Assembly: GCF_001194135.2 (NCBI RefSeq)
Contig: NC_069007.1
Coordinates: 22,489,650-22,553,649, forward strand
Source: Octopus bimaculoides
Lineage: Eukaryota
Length of the DNA stretch: 64,000 nt
Reading direction: 5' to 3'
The translations under genes were made by a program, and so were the position numbers. Below the pieces are notes generated by a model, which searched no databases, had not been told where the DNA came from, and saw only the letters and a list, made by a program, of their open reading frames with translations. This document shows positions 26,390 through 39,324 of the stretch, one piece after another (positions within the stretch are counted from its first letter, which is position 1; each line of letters begins with the position of its first letter).

Positions 26390-27300
26390 GTTTAGTATTT
26401 GTGTGGCTGGTATGTGTCTTATGTTTGTAGGGTGATAGCTCTGTATTGGTGGTATGGGTGTGTGAGAGATTGTATGGAGGTGTGACTGTCTGGGTGTGTG
26501 TGGTGTGCAGGGGGGATTATTTTCTCTACAGGTGTCTGTCTATATGTATGTGTATAAATGTGTGATTGCTTGTAGGTAGGGGTTGTTTCTTTTTCTGTGT
26601 GAATGCCTTGCATTTGTAGAGTGGCTTGATATAAGTGTGAAAGATTGTATAAAGGTGTGTGTGTGTGTATGTAGGGACTTGTTTTGTGTATAGCTGTCTG
26701 TGTGTGTGTGTATAAATGTGAATATGTGCAGTGGTTCTTTCTGTGTGTACCCATGTGTCTTGGGTTTGTAGAGTGGTAGCTCAGTACATGTGTATGTGTG
26801 TGTAAAGGTGTTTTTCTGTGTGTAGGGGCTTGTTTTGTGTACCAGTGTCTGTCTATTGGTATGTATGACTGTGTAGGGGTTCTTTTTCTTTTTGTGACTT
26901 GTATTTATAGAGTGGTGGCTTGAATGTGTGAATGGGTTCTTTGTGATTGTATGTGTGTGGTTGGTATGTGTGTCTTCTGCTTGTAGGATGGTAGCTTCAT
27001 AAAGATGTGTGTGAGAGTGTAAATGTGTGCTTCTGTGTATGTGTGTAGGGGCTTGTTTTGTGTACAGTTTTTTTATCTGTATATGTATAAATGTGTGAAT
27101 CTTTGTATGTGTGTGATTGGTATGTGTATGCCTTGTGTTTGTAGGGCGGTAGCTCAGTAAAGGTGTGGTTCTGTGTGTGTGTGTGTGTAGGGGCTTGTTT
27201 TGTGTACAGGTGTCTATTTATCTGTGTGTGTAGGTGTAGAGATGTCAGTTTGTCACTCACCATATCGGTGTTTGTGTGGAACTGCTCTCTATGGGTGCAT
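26390..27300. repeat. Degenerate GT-rich minisatellite
   Basis: Recurrent gtaggggcttgttttgtgta and gtagctcagta motifs at irregular 140-225-bp spacing. Confidence 0.7.
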
Positions 27301-29121
27301 GTAATTGCATCTATGTACTTATCTGCATTATACCTGTGTGGCTATGTAGCTGTGTTGATTGTATCTGTGGCTCAGCATATCTTTGCACGAGGAAGAGTGG
27401 GTGTGTTTTCAAAATAGATAAAAGCACTTATAATTTATTTTAATCAAGTTGATAAAATTACTTGATTTATCTCTTCCGTGTATACCTTGTACTAAATGGA
27501 CATTATTATTTGTGGCTTTTGTTTTCTTAAAATAGTGTTCATTTTATTCTTTTATTTGTCTCAGTCATCCGATTGTGGTCATGCTGGAGCACTGCCTTAA
27601 AGGGTTTTAGTTGAAGAAATCAACCCAAGAATTTTTTTTTTTCAAGCTTAGTACATATACTGTCCGTCTCTTTTGCGGAGTTGTTATAAGGACGTAAGCA
27701 GACCAACACTGGTTATCAAGCAGTGGTAGTAAGGGAGAAACAAAGATATATGCACATATATATTCTTTTACTCTTTTACTTGTTTCAGTCATTTGACTGT
27801 GGCCATGCTGGAACACCGCCTTTAGTTGAACAAATGGACTTCTTCTTTGTAAGCCTAGTACTTATTCTATCCGTCACTTTTGCCGAACATCCAGCTGTCA
27901 AAACCGAGCCAAGTCAGACTGGAACCGGGTGCAGCTCTCTGGCTTATCAGCTCCAGTCAAACTGTCTAACCCATGCCAGCATGGAGAGTGGACTTGAAGT
28001 GATGATGATGACAAGCAGTACACTTGTTGTATCCTTGTCAAGACAGCTTGTTTGAGCAGATCTGTTGAGAGTTTCGACTGATAATATATATATACATATG
28101 AGCATCAGTTATACACAATAAATACATCAATGTAATCAGCAATGTTCTACTTGAGTCATCTCGCCACTTCACACTAAATATTTATTATATATTTATGCAT
28201 TTCATTAATCCTTTCAGACGAACAGGCCAAACACATTAGGGCTGAGCCACTAAACCCTGTCTAGATGCATCAATTTAAGTCTTGGCTTGGTTTAGTATTT
28301 TTATTTATTTCTTTACTCTTTTCTTCTCTTTCATGCTCCAATGAACACTGTTCTGTCCTTGAATGATTTTTTTTTTTGAGGATGATTTTTGGGAGGTTTT
28401 TCTATGAGAACAGGTTGCTAACCCCTCCCTCGACTCTGTCTCTGTATCTAGCGAGGGACTCTATGAGCAGGACTCAAAGATCTAAGTCTGGTACTTATTC
28501 TGTCGGCCACTATTGCTGAACTGCTAAGTTACAGCAACATAAACAAACATGGTTGCCAATTCAGTGTTGTGGTATGAGTCACACACACACTCGCTCACAC
28601 ACTCAGCATTGGTTGACATGGAATCTTCATGAAGTGGCCGAAGCTCTACAAAAAGTGCTTTGAAGTCAGAAGATCCGACTTTGAAAGAGATTGAAGTTTT
28701 CTACTTCTTTGAAATTAATGCCTTTCCTAAAAACTTCTGGAATGCACCTTGTAGAACCTATTTACCTAAGGTACCATGCAGTGGAACTGAACCTGAAACC
28801 ACATGTAATGCAGTTGATTCCAACCTAGAGAGTAGTAGTGTTGATTCCAGTTCTTGAATAATACTTAATTCATTGACCTTGGCCTGATTTGAACTCAGAC
28901 AGCCAGAACCAGTAGCACAAGGAATTCTGTTCAATGCTCTTATGACACTCTACCAGTTTGTCAACTCCAAACTGTTAGAAAAAACTGCCAAGTCTCAAAA
29001 AAAAAATTACACTTTACCATAAAAAAAAAAATAAAATAAAGACATTTTGGATAATGTTATCCAAGGTGAACTTAGTCTGAAGAGATGGAATGGTCATGTT
29101 AGGGGCAGGAATATCTTAGAT

Positions 29122-29445
29122 CAATGGTTCTCAGCCAGGATCCCTATGGTCCCTGAGGATCCATATAAGATTTTTGGGGATCCATGCAGCAAAATAGTAA
29201 ATTAGGGACCCACAATAGTATTTTAAGGGCTCCTGAAAAATGTTTGCTTTGGATGTAATTATTGCAAGAAACAGCTGGGTTTCTTTCTCTAACATTTGAC
29301 AGGGTTCAACCTCCACAAGTGAAAAGGTGAAAAATGAAATAGGAATTTTGGAAGAAGTTTCTTCAAAACTAAGTTTTAAACATTGAATGGCTATGGGAGT
29401 CCACCAGAATAAAATAGCAATCAAAGGGGTCCATAGATAAAAAAT
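29122..29445. mobile_element. Possible hAT-type MITE relic
   Basis: Begins CAATGGTTCTCAGCC (hAT CAGTGGTTCTCAACC-like). Right terminus degraded. Confidence 0.4.
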
Positions 29446-29510
29446 GGATGGGATTAGATGATTGATTAGCTGGTGGAAGACTGACCTGGGCCATGGGGAA
29501 TGGGGGTTAA

Positions 29511-29730
29511 CCCTTCAGCTAGCATTCAGATTACTTTGTCAACTGTAATGCTTATTTGTTTTGCAGAGTTTTGAATTAATCTTGCATTATCTTGTAGCTT
29601 TGAGAGTTTGATGAAATGATTGTTTATTTTTAGAATGACATTGTTGGGTAGGTGTGAGAGATCTGACCAGTATGAACATAAAGCAAGCAGGATATGTGAA
29701 CTGGATTTGGCCAGTTTAAATGCTACATGG
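29511..29730. mobile_element. piggyBac-like MITE (TTAA-flanked); further copies about 19580-19776 and 33950-34110
   Basis: TTAA|CCCTT..AGCATT ... AATGCTA..GG|TTAA termini. Confidence 0.8.
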
Positions 29731-30581
29731 TTAAACTACTACTACTGCTACTGCTGCTGGGTAATGGAGAAGTTAGTCTTTATGTGGTTGATTTGCTAGA
29801 AACTACAGCAAATCTCTCTCAAACTACATTTTAGCTTCTGTTTTTTTTTTTTTTAGGTGGGTGGGAGGTTGTAGCCATATTAGATAATGTAATCTAAAGG
29901 TACTTTGAGTAGAAGATATGGTTTCAATATCCTTGATCATTACAGACATTGCTTATCAGGGTTGACCTATGGTTATACAAAAAGAACTAGTTAAACACAG
30001 ACTTTGTGGTGGTGACAACAGCAGCTGCAGCAGTTATGCATTTACTTCAGGATTAGGGTTTACTTTACCATCTCCACCACCGTTTCTGTAATATTTCAAT
30101 TTATACCTAATTTTGTAATTTATGCAAATATTTGTGTGTGTGTGTGTGTATTTGTACTTATGTATCTCATAGTAAACAATAGCATGTGTGTGTGTGTGTG
30201 TGTGTATGTGTTCCTTGTATGTATATACGTATTCTCCATACGTATGTTCGTTACATAATAAGTGTGATAGTAAGACAGTAGTGTGTATATGACCTGAATA
30301 GGTGTCATTGTAAACAATGCTTCGATAGTTCTGAGCGTTTAATAGTAAAACAATGAGTGAGTATATATATATGTATCCTGTATGGCCATGTCTATAAACA
30401 GTAGGTTTTCTGTAGGTGTGTGTGTGGGTTTGTCAGATGGAAGGATGGTTTCATATGTCATTAAAGTAGCTGAATAACACAAATAACTGTGTGCGTTTCT
30501 TTGTTTCAGTCTATCTATTTATCCACATTTTAATTTTGTATTTTCTTGTTTAAAATTCAAATATTTTTCACGTGGTGTGTT

Positions 30582-30614
<33 letters not shown>

Positions 30615-31480
30615 TGTTGTTTAACATCCGCTTTTCATGCTGGCATGGGTTGGACAGTTTTGACTGATGGATGGCAAGCCAGAGTCTGCACCAGGCTCCA
30701 ATCTGATCTGGCATAGTTTCTACAGTTGGATGCCCTTCCTAACGCCAACCTCTCCGAGAGTGTAGTGGGTGCTTTTTACATGCCACTGGCACAGGAGCCA
30801 GTCAGGCACTATTGGCATTGACCATGCTTGAATGGTGCTTTTTACATGCCACCAGTTTGGGACCAGTCAGGTGGCACTGGCAACGATCACGCTCAAAGGG
30901 TGCTTTTTAAGTGTCACCGGCACAGAAACCAATCAGGCAGGACTGGCATCGGCCACAACAATGACTTCCCTTGACTCAAGTGTAGTTTATTACCTAATGA
31001 TTGAAGGGTACTCTTAAATGGTCCCGTTATGCTGCACTGGCATAGGCCACAGTTACAGTCTCACCTGGCTTGCCGGGTCTTCTCAAGCACAGCATATCTC
31101 CAAAGGTCTCGGCCACTTGCCACCACCTCATCCCAGGTCTTCTTGGGTCCACCTCTTCCACAGGTTCCTTCTACTGCTAGGGTGTGACACTTTTTCAGAA
31201 CTTTCCTCATCCATATGCAACACATGGCCATACCAGCACAGTCTTCTCTCTTGCACACCACATTTGATGCTTCTTATGTCCAACTTTTCTCTCAAGGGCA
31301 TTTACACTCTGTCGTGTATGCACACTGACATTACCCATCCAGTGGAGCATACTGACTTCATTCCTTGCAAGCTTACGCATTCCCTCAACAGTCATGGCCC
31401 ATGTTTCACTGACATGTAGCATGGCTGTTTGCACACGTGTCATACAGTCTGCCTTTTACCCTGAGCAAGAGGCCCTTTGT
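30615..31480 (-). mobile_element. RTE LINE 3' fragment
   Basis: TAMLHVSETWAMT..RNEVSMLHWM and GRGGPKKTWDE motifs (ORFs 31061, 31207) plus the family 3' tail. Confidence 0.88.
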
Positions 31481-32698
31481 CCTAGAATATTTAGGCTGGA
31501 TATGGCATTAAAAGGTTAATAATTGACAGTCATTTTACCAAATTCTTTATTGTTTTTTATATTAATAGAAATAAAAGCGTGTTTTAACTGCAAAATTGGT
31601 TAATACATACATTAAAGCATGAGTTATTACACTCGGTGTAATAAATTAATTAAATTACCGATTAAAAATAGTTGTTGTAATGTAAGCATTACTGATCACA
31701 CATACATAGAGTGTTTTGTTTATATGCTAAATTTGCTGCAGGGTAGGGTTTGGGAGTGCTCCCTATGAAGTGTATATATGCAATCGATAATGCTGGCAGA
31801 CATTACCGTATTTCTATCTTTTTTGTTGTGACACTCTGTCAGTTCTGATGACAAAGGTTCCACTTGATCCGACCAACAAAACCGCCTGCTCATGAAATTA
31901 ATGTGTAAGTGGCTGAGCACTCCACAGACATGTGTACTCTTAATGTAGACCTCAGAGCGATTCAGCAGGACACAGAATGTAACAAAGCTGGCCCTTTGAA
32001 ATATGGATATTACACATTTTTGCCAGCTGAGTCAACTGGAGCAACATGAAATAAAGTGTCTTGCTCAAGGACACAATGCATTGCCAGGCACTAAACTCCC
32101 TATCTTATGATCATTAGCTAATTACCTGTAACCACTAAGTCACATGCCTTCACTGTATTTCTATATACAGTGATGTAAACACTGTGTGGTATTTTGTCAA
32201 CCATTGTCCTACCTTGTCCCACCCACCTTAGCATTAATAATTTAACCCTGTCGCCAGACAGGTGGTTTGCCTTAGAATAAAAGTAAAGTTCTGGTATCTG
32301 CCATTGAGCCAATATTTAATTAAAATAATTATATGCTAATTGCTACAGGCATTGGTCTGACTGTAAGAAGTTTGCTTCCCGCCACATACTTCTGAGTTCA
32401 GTCCCACTGCATGATACCTTGGGCAAGTGTCTTCTACTATAGCCTTAGGTTGACCAAAGCCTAGTGAGTGGGATCTGGTAGATGGAAAATGAATGAAGCC
32501 TATTATTTTATGTCAGAATTATGTTTAAGGATTCAAAAAAAAAAAAAAAAAGAAACTATATTATAATTTTATTGCTGAATTTGTTCAGCTTTAATCATCT
32601 TTATTGGTTTTACACTACTTCCTTCATTGAGTTATTTTATAATTATCTGTACATTGTATAATTATTATTTCTAAAATAAAATACTTTCTCTCTTCCAG

Positions 32699-32755
32699 AA
32701 TATACAACACTTGAAGCAATGTAAGATAAGAACTTTTACTACAGCACCAAGTACT
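32699..32755 (+). CDS. CS: Citrate synthase exon 2 (NIQHLKQCKIRTFTTAPST)
   Basis: Acceptor tttctctcttccag, donor ACT|GTAAGT, phase 0-0. Basic presequence ending in an R-x-F-T cleavage-like motif; same N...ST architecture as vertebrate exon 2. Confidence 0.85.
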
Positions 32756-32814
32756 GTAAGTAGCTTTTTATGAGCCTCTGATTTCTGGTTTGGCATAACT
32801 TATTCACACACACT

Positions 32815-32848
32815 CATGCACTCCCATTTGCGCATATGTGCCCTCTCA

Positions 32849-32887
<39 letters not shown>

Positions 32888-33081
32888 ATACACACTCACA
32901 CACCTTGTGCACTCTCACTACACACACACCACACGCACCCTCACTCACACTTTGCATGCACTCTCACTCTTACACCACTCACACACACTTACTCACCACA
33001 TGCACTCCCTCACACTTTGCATGCACTCACACTCACACACTCCCTCAAACCACATGCTCTTGCTCACTTGTAACAATTCAC

Positions 33082-33122
<41 letters not shown>
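32815..33122. repeat. (CA)n and CACT-rich compound microsatellite/minisatellite
   Basis: Visible CA tracts and repeated cactttgcatgcactc motif. Confidence 0.85.
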
Positions 33123-33123
<1 letters not shown>

Positions 33124-35005
33124 CTGTGTACACTCGGTCTCTCTCTCTCTCCGACATAGTTGTGTGTACTCACTCATTTGTTGCTCCCCACACTCATCTA
33201 CTTCACTCACAAACATACCCCTAGAGTTTGCATCATTTAGCAGCATCCTTGTTGATTGCTCTATTATTGACATTCTTACTGGTTCAGTCGGTAGCTTTTA
33301 GCTTCATAACCCTGTTTAGTTTGAGAAGCTCTCTCAGCTCACTTATCTTTCCTGTTCAAGAGACTCCTTCGTAATTATCATCATTTAACATCTGCTCTCC
33401 ATGCTGGCATGTGTTAGCTGGTTTAACCAGATCTGCTAAGTTGGAGAGCTGCAGCAGGCTTCCGTTGTCTGTTTTGGAATGCTTTCTGCAGCTGAATGCC
33501 CTTCCGAATGCCAGTGCACTGGGGTCTGTTATATGTCACTGGCACCCCATTGTTTGATGCCGGCATGACAACCCCTTGCGTGACGCCGGCACAAGCAACC
33601 CCTTGCTTGTCACTGGCACGGGCATCCCCCATTGCGTGTCACTGGCATGGAGTCAACAAAAAATAATATGGTTGAACATCTTCCTGATGTCAAATTACCT
33701 TGAAGTCCACATAATCTCAATATTGTGTGTGAAATAATCTTTTACAGTATGACGTTTCTTTTGTAGTTCAGTATATATATGATGGGCTTCTTTCAGTTTC
33801 TGTCTACCAAATCCACTCTCAAGGTTTTGGTCAGCCCAAGATTATAACAGAAGATTTTTAGCCCAAGGTGCCACACAGTGGGACTGAACCTGGAAGCATG
33901 TGGTTGTGAAGCAAGCTTCTTACCACACAGCCATGCCTGTGCCTATATATTGTTTTGAATTTATCATGCAGTATTTTGTAGTTTAGAGATTTCAATGTGA
34001 TTGTTTAAATTTAGAATGACATTGTAGAGTTGAGGTGAGAGGCTGGACCCTACTAGTTTCAACGTAAAACAAGGTTAAATATCTTGACCGGATATGCTGA
34101 AGAGTTGAAATGATTTGTAAGTGGTACCATATAAATTGTACCACTGTAGGACACCTACTATCCACCTGCTACGTTTCCACGCTATACAATACAATTCTCA
34201 ACTAGGAAAACAATTTGATTGATCTGAGGCCTGGATTGGAGCGGACACTTGACTTTGGCCTGGATTTGAACTAGGACTCCTACAATAAGATTGAACTTGT
34301 TAACCGCATGCCCACACATTTGTGTATAGTATGAATTGGTGTTTTTGTCTTATTTCATTTTTTAAAAAAATTAATATCTAACATTTTACTAACAATTGCA
34401 TTAGTTTTTTTTTCTTTTTTCTAACTGACCTGTCACTGATGCACTTCATATCTGATTGTTATGGGGTTGGACAGAATATATCATATTTGTCATCAGGCAC
34501 AGGCAATGTTGTGTGGTAAGAAGCTTGCTTCCCAGTCACATAGTTTCAGGTTCAGTTCCACTGAGTGGCACCTTGGGCAAATATCTTCTATAGCCTTGGG
34601 TTGACCAAAGCCTTGTGAGTGAATTTTGTCGATGGAAACCGAAAGAAGACGCATCAGACCGAGAAAAATCACAGTTGTGGCATATACTGGTGTCACACAA
34701 ACTGGCACCTGTGCTGGTGGCATGTAAATGCACCTTGGTGTCATGCCAGTGGTGCCTAAAAGCACCCATTACATTCGCAGAGTGGTTGGCAATAGGAAGG
34801 GCATCTAGCCATAGAAAACCATGCCAAATCAGACTGGAGTCTGGTGCAGCATGCCAATCCAGTCAAACCATCCAACCCAAGCCAGCATGGGCAATGGATG
34901 TTAATGATGATGATTATTAAGGTGGCATATTATTGATATTATTATGAAGTTGTCAGAATTGTTAGCATACCAAATGAAATGCTTAGTAGCATTTCATGTT
35001 TATAT

Positions 35006-35520
35006 CAGGGGTGGGGAAACCCCAATCCACGGGTGCAATTGCACCCACAGGTTGGCATATTCGTATGTACAAAATAAAGTAAAGTTTTTCAATCATAAAA
35101 TTTATACAATACTCATATTCCTCTTTGTGACATAGGTCACGTTTCCACTATGACTTAAAAAGGTTAGGCTCGAACAGAAAATCGTCTGGTAATTCTCATT
35201 TGAACGGAAATTTTGTTTCCGCTATAAAACACATATTGCTATGTTTGTGCTACCCCCTTCAGACCCAACTACACTCAAGCTGAAGAATATAGAATACCTC
35301 ATAAAGATATATAAACATCCTAAATTCAGTGGTGGCATTAATGAAGATGTTTCGTGTTAATTTAATGTGTTAAACTTATTTTTATTAATGTATATCGAAT
35401 TATACATCCATATATATACAAGAGTTACACAGATATAAGAGTTAGAACTTGTGATCTGCCCATGGACTCTTTTGTTTTGGAACCTTTTGCCTGCCACACT
35501 AAAAAGTTTCCCCACCCTTG
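35006..35520. mobile_element. hAT (Charlie-like) MITE nested in a SINE
   Basis: TIRs CAGGGGTGGGGAAAC / GTTTCCCCACCCTTG, 8-bp TSD GTTTATAT / GTCTACAT (6/8). Confidence 0.8.
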
Positions 35521-36124
35521 GTCTACATTTTCTGAGGCTGACTTTGCCTATCATCCTTTCAGGGTTGATAAAATAAGTACCAGTCTGTTTTTCAAGCTGG
35601 CATGGGTTCGACACTTTGATAGGAGCTGGCCAGCCTGATAGCTGCGGCAAGCTCCAATTGTCTGTTTTGGCATGGTTTGTACAAGTTGATGCCCTCAACC
35701 ACATGGTTTGGGGCTCAGTCCCACTGCATGGCCCCTTAGCCAAATGTCTTCTGCTATAGCCTTTGGCTGACCAAAACCTTGCGATTGAATTTGATAGGCA
35801 GAAGTTCCTTTCATGTGTGTACATCATCATCAACCGTCCATTTTCCATGCTGGCAGGGGTTGGACAGTTTGACTGGAGCTGGTAAGCCACAGAGCTATAC
35901 CAGACTCCAGTCTGATTTTGGCTTGGTTTCTACATTTGGAGGTCCTTCTTAATGCCAACCACTCCAAGAGTGTAGTGGGTGTCTTTTATGTGCCCTTTAC
36001 ATGCCACTGGCACAAGTGCTCCTGATGTGGCACCGACATGGGTGCCTTTTGTGAAATTGCTTGTGCTTCCTTCAAAATCTAAAACATTATTATTATTAAT
36101 TTTTATCCATTTGTTTGGTTTCAG

Positions 36125-36232
36125 AATTTAAAAGATGTATTAGAAAAGAAAATCCCTGAAAAACAAAAAGAAGTCATCGAGTTCCGTAAACAATATGGCA
36201 ATACCAAGATTGGTGAAGTTACGGTTGACCAG
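36125..36232 (+). CDS. CS: Citrate synthase exon 3 (NLKDVLEKKIPEKQKEVIEFRKQYGNTKIGEVTVDQ)
   Basis: tttcag acceptor, CAG|GTATGT donor, 108 nt, homologous to the N-terminus of mature CS. Not in the ORF track because it is short. Confidence 0.95.
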
Positions 36233-36382
36233 GTATGTTGTTACTATTAAGCCCAGGATTAGCTCTAATCCAGTCTTCTTTATCATTTAGCCCTTTTGTT
36301 ACTGTTTTTCTGTTGAAACACACTTTGTTTCGATTAATTTTAGAAATAATGAATTTAGTAAAATAGACTTTGTCATTATTAA

Positions 36383-36797
36383 CCCTTTAGCATTCAGATT
36401 ATTCTGTGAAATGTAATATTTATCCACGTTGTTTTGAATTAATCATGCATTATCTTGTAGCTTTGAGAATTTGATGATGTGATTGTTTTAGAATGACATT
36501 GTGGGTTAGGTGTGAGAGGCCAGATCTGATCAGTTTCACCATAAAACAGAATATTTGTGCTGGATGTGGCTGGTTTAACCCTTTAGCATTCAGGATACTC
36601 TGTCAATTGTAATGCTTCTCTATTCAGATTCTCTTGAAATAATCATGCATTGTCATAGCTTCAAGATTTCAATGATGTGATTGTTTTATTTTTAGAATGA
36701 CATTGTAAGGTAGATTGGAAAGGCTGGATCTGGCCAGTTTGAGCGTAAAACTTGTGGAATATTTTGGCCAGATATGACCAGTTTAAATGCTGCAGGG
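36383..36797. mobile_element. Dimer of piggyBac-like MITE (intron 3)
   Basis: Second copy starts at 36579 in the subterminal TTAA of the first. Confidence 0.8.
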
Positions 36798-37079
36798 TTG
36801 AGTACTGAAGTATTAAGCTGGTGTGTGCAATATTAATCAACCTGAAATATTCATGGAAGGTTTACATCACCTTAACACGGGAAATTTGTATCATAGACCT
36901 AGGGGTAATATCAGGTGGGTTGATATAAAAAAAATTTTAAAAAGAGTTGAAGGTAACTTACTGTGATCATTTTTGTTTTCCCAATCATGGTGCATCTAGG
37001 TATACACTATACAGTGTGTCATTCCTTGTTGTTGTTGTTGTATGGCCTCAACCTTTGGGTCAGCCTTAGCTACTGAAGA

Positions 37080-37310
37080 CTGCATGTACCCTGCATATGT
37101 TGTTGACCCTACAGGCACCCAGGATGTGTTATTGATCCTGCTTGCTTGTACTCAGCATTGTTGAGCCTACATATACTATAAGATGTTATTAATGTACCCT
37201 GTGTTTTGTTAATTTTACATGTACCCAGGATATGTTAATCCTACATGTATCAAGCATCTGTTAACTTTACATGTACCTCATATATTTTGTTTATCCTACA
37301 TGTACCAGTC
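37080..37310. repeat. Degenerate short-period minisatellite (tacatgtacc core)
   Basis: Repeated gttaat/cctacatgtac motifs at roughly 25-30-bp spacing. Confidence 0.6.
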
Positions 37311-38228
37311 ATTGTTCCCATTTGATGTCTCTTTTCCATGCTGGTATGGGTTGGACGGCTTGTCAAGTGCTGGCAAACACAGAGCTACACCAGGTTCCAG
37401 TCTGATTTGGTTTGGTTTCTACGGTTGGATGCTCTTCCTAAAGCCATCCACTCCACAGAGTGCTGAGTGCTTTTTAGGTGGCACTGGCACGAGAGCTTTT
37501 TACTTGGTGTCAGCACAGTTGCTTTTATGTGTCACCAGCATGTGTCACAGGGCTCTTCCAGGTCAATTCTCTTTAGCAGGGGGTGTGGCATTAACAATTC
37601 TGCTGTGGAGGACGTGTCTTCTTGAGCACAGCAAGGTGTCAGATATCTTGGTCCTTTGTCATCTCCTCCGTGAGGCTCAGTGTCCTGAGGTTGTCCTTCA
37701 GTACTTTGTCTTATGTCCTTCTGGGTCTCCCTCTTCCACAAGTTTCATCCACGTTGAATGATCAGCACTTCTTTATGGAGCTATCTACATCCATTCACAT
37801 CATATGTGGAGGTGTGTGGCTTAGTGGTTAGGGTATTGGACTCATGATCATGAGATTGTGGTTTCGATTCCTGGACCAGGCAATGCATTGTGTTCTTGAG
37901 CAAAACACTTCATTTTACATTGATCCAGTCCATCTAACTGGCAAAAATGAATAATCCTGTGACGAACTGGCGTCCTGTCCAGGTGGGGGAATGTATATGC
38001 CATGGAAACCAGGAACAAGTCTTTTATGAGTCAGCATGACTCAAGAAAGTAATCTTTTACCTTACTCAGATCATTTGACCAAACCAGAGCAGTCTTCTCT
38101 TTGGCACCCTGAATCAGTATGTACACCAGTTTATATTGTTAATCGTACATGTATTCCATGTGTTGTTAGCTGTAGGTGTCATGGTGTTTTGTGTGTCGTT
38201 AACCCCTACATTTTTGTTCTTTCTGCAG

Positions 38229-38447
38229 GTGTTTGGTGGTATGCGTGGCATCAAAGGCCTTGTAACGGAGACCTCTGTCCTAGATGCAGATGAAGGGATC
38301 CGTTTCCGAAATTACAGCATTCCGGAATGTCAGGAAATCCTACCAAAAGCTCATGGTGGCGGAGAAGAACCTCTTCCAGAAGGTCTGTTCTGGCTCCTGG
38401 TCACAGGTGATATACCAACCCAGGAGCAGGTTGATGCTATTTCGAAG
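38229..38447 (+). CDS. CS: Citrate synthase exon 4 (VFGGMRG...EQVDAISK)
   Basis: ttctgcag acceptor, AAG|GTAAGG donor, 219 nt. GGMRG, ETSVLD, GIRFR and [14 protein letters not shown] motifs (ORF 38136..38537). Confidence 0.97.
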
Positions 38448-38914
38448 GTAAGGTTCTCTCTTTCTCCAAAAGTTTCTACAACGTCGGGTGCTCAGTCAGA
38501 TTTCCAGATGAAGTATTGTGGGGTGGGGGATAGCTAATACAGAATTTTGTAGGTCAGGTGTTAAGGATAGCCGGGTGATTCTTAAATCAGATGTTTTTCA
38601 CAGTGAGGGGTAGATACTGTCGTATCGAGATGGTCAGGGGTGGTGGGATGATCTGGGGAAGGTAGATACTTTCATATCTAGAAAGTCAGGTGTGGTGGGG
38701 GTGACATTGTGGGGAGATACTGTAGTAATATCTAGAGAGTCTGATGTAAATAGGGTGATATTGGGGGTAGGGCAGATACTGTACTTATATGATGTAGGGG
38801 TGGAGGTAGATACTGTAGCTATATCTACAAAGTAAAAGACATTTAAATAAAAATATATATGTGGACTATCAGTAATTGATGGCTTTTAGATAAGTCTTTT
38901 GTATCGGGATTTAA

Positions 38915-39324
38915 CCGTTTCACATTCAGATTACTCTGACAAGCCTAATGCTTATTTATTCGCATTGGTTTGAATTATGTATTATCTTGTGGCTTTGAAG
39001 TTTCAATTATGTAGTTATTTTCAGAATAACATTGTAAGATGTGAGAAGCCAGATCTGGTCAGTTTGAATAGAAAACAGAATATTTGGTCTGGATTATGGC
39101 CATTTGAAGCTCTTAGCACACAGATTACTCTGTCAAATGTAATATTTATTTGTTCACATTGATTTGAATTAGTCATGAATTATCTTATGGCTTTGAGATT
39201 TCACTGATATGATTGTTTGATTTTAGAATAATATTGTAGGGTAAGTGTGAGAGACCGGATCTGGATGGTTTGAAGATAAAACAGAATATTTTGACTGGAT
39301 ATGGCCAGTTTAAATGCTGAAGGC
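38915..39324. mobile_element. Second dimer of piggyBac-like MITE (intron 4)
   Basis: Same family and same junction position as 36383-36797, more diverged. Confidence 0.75.
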
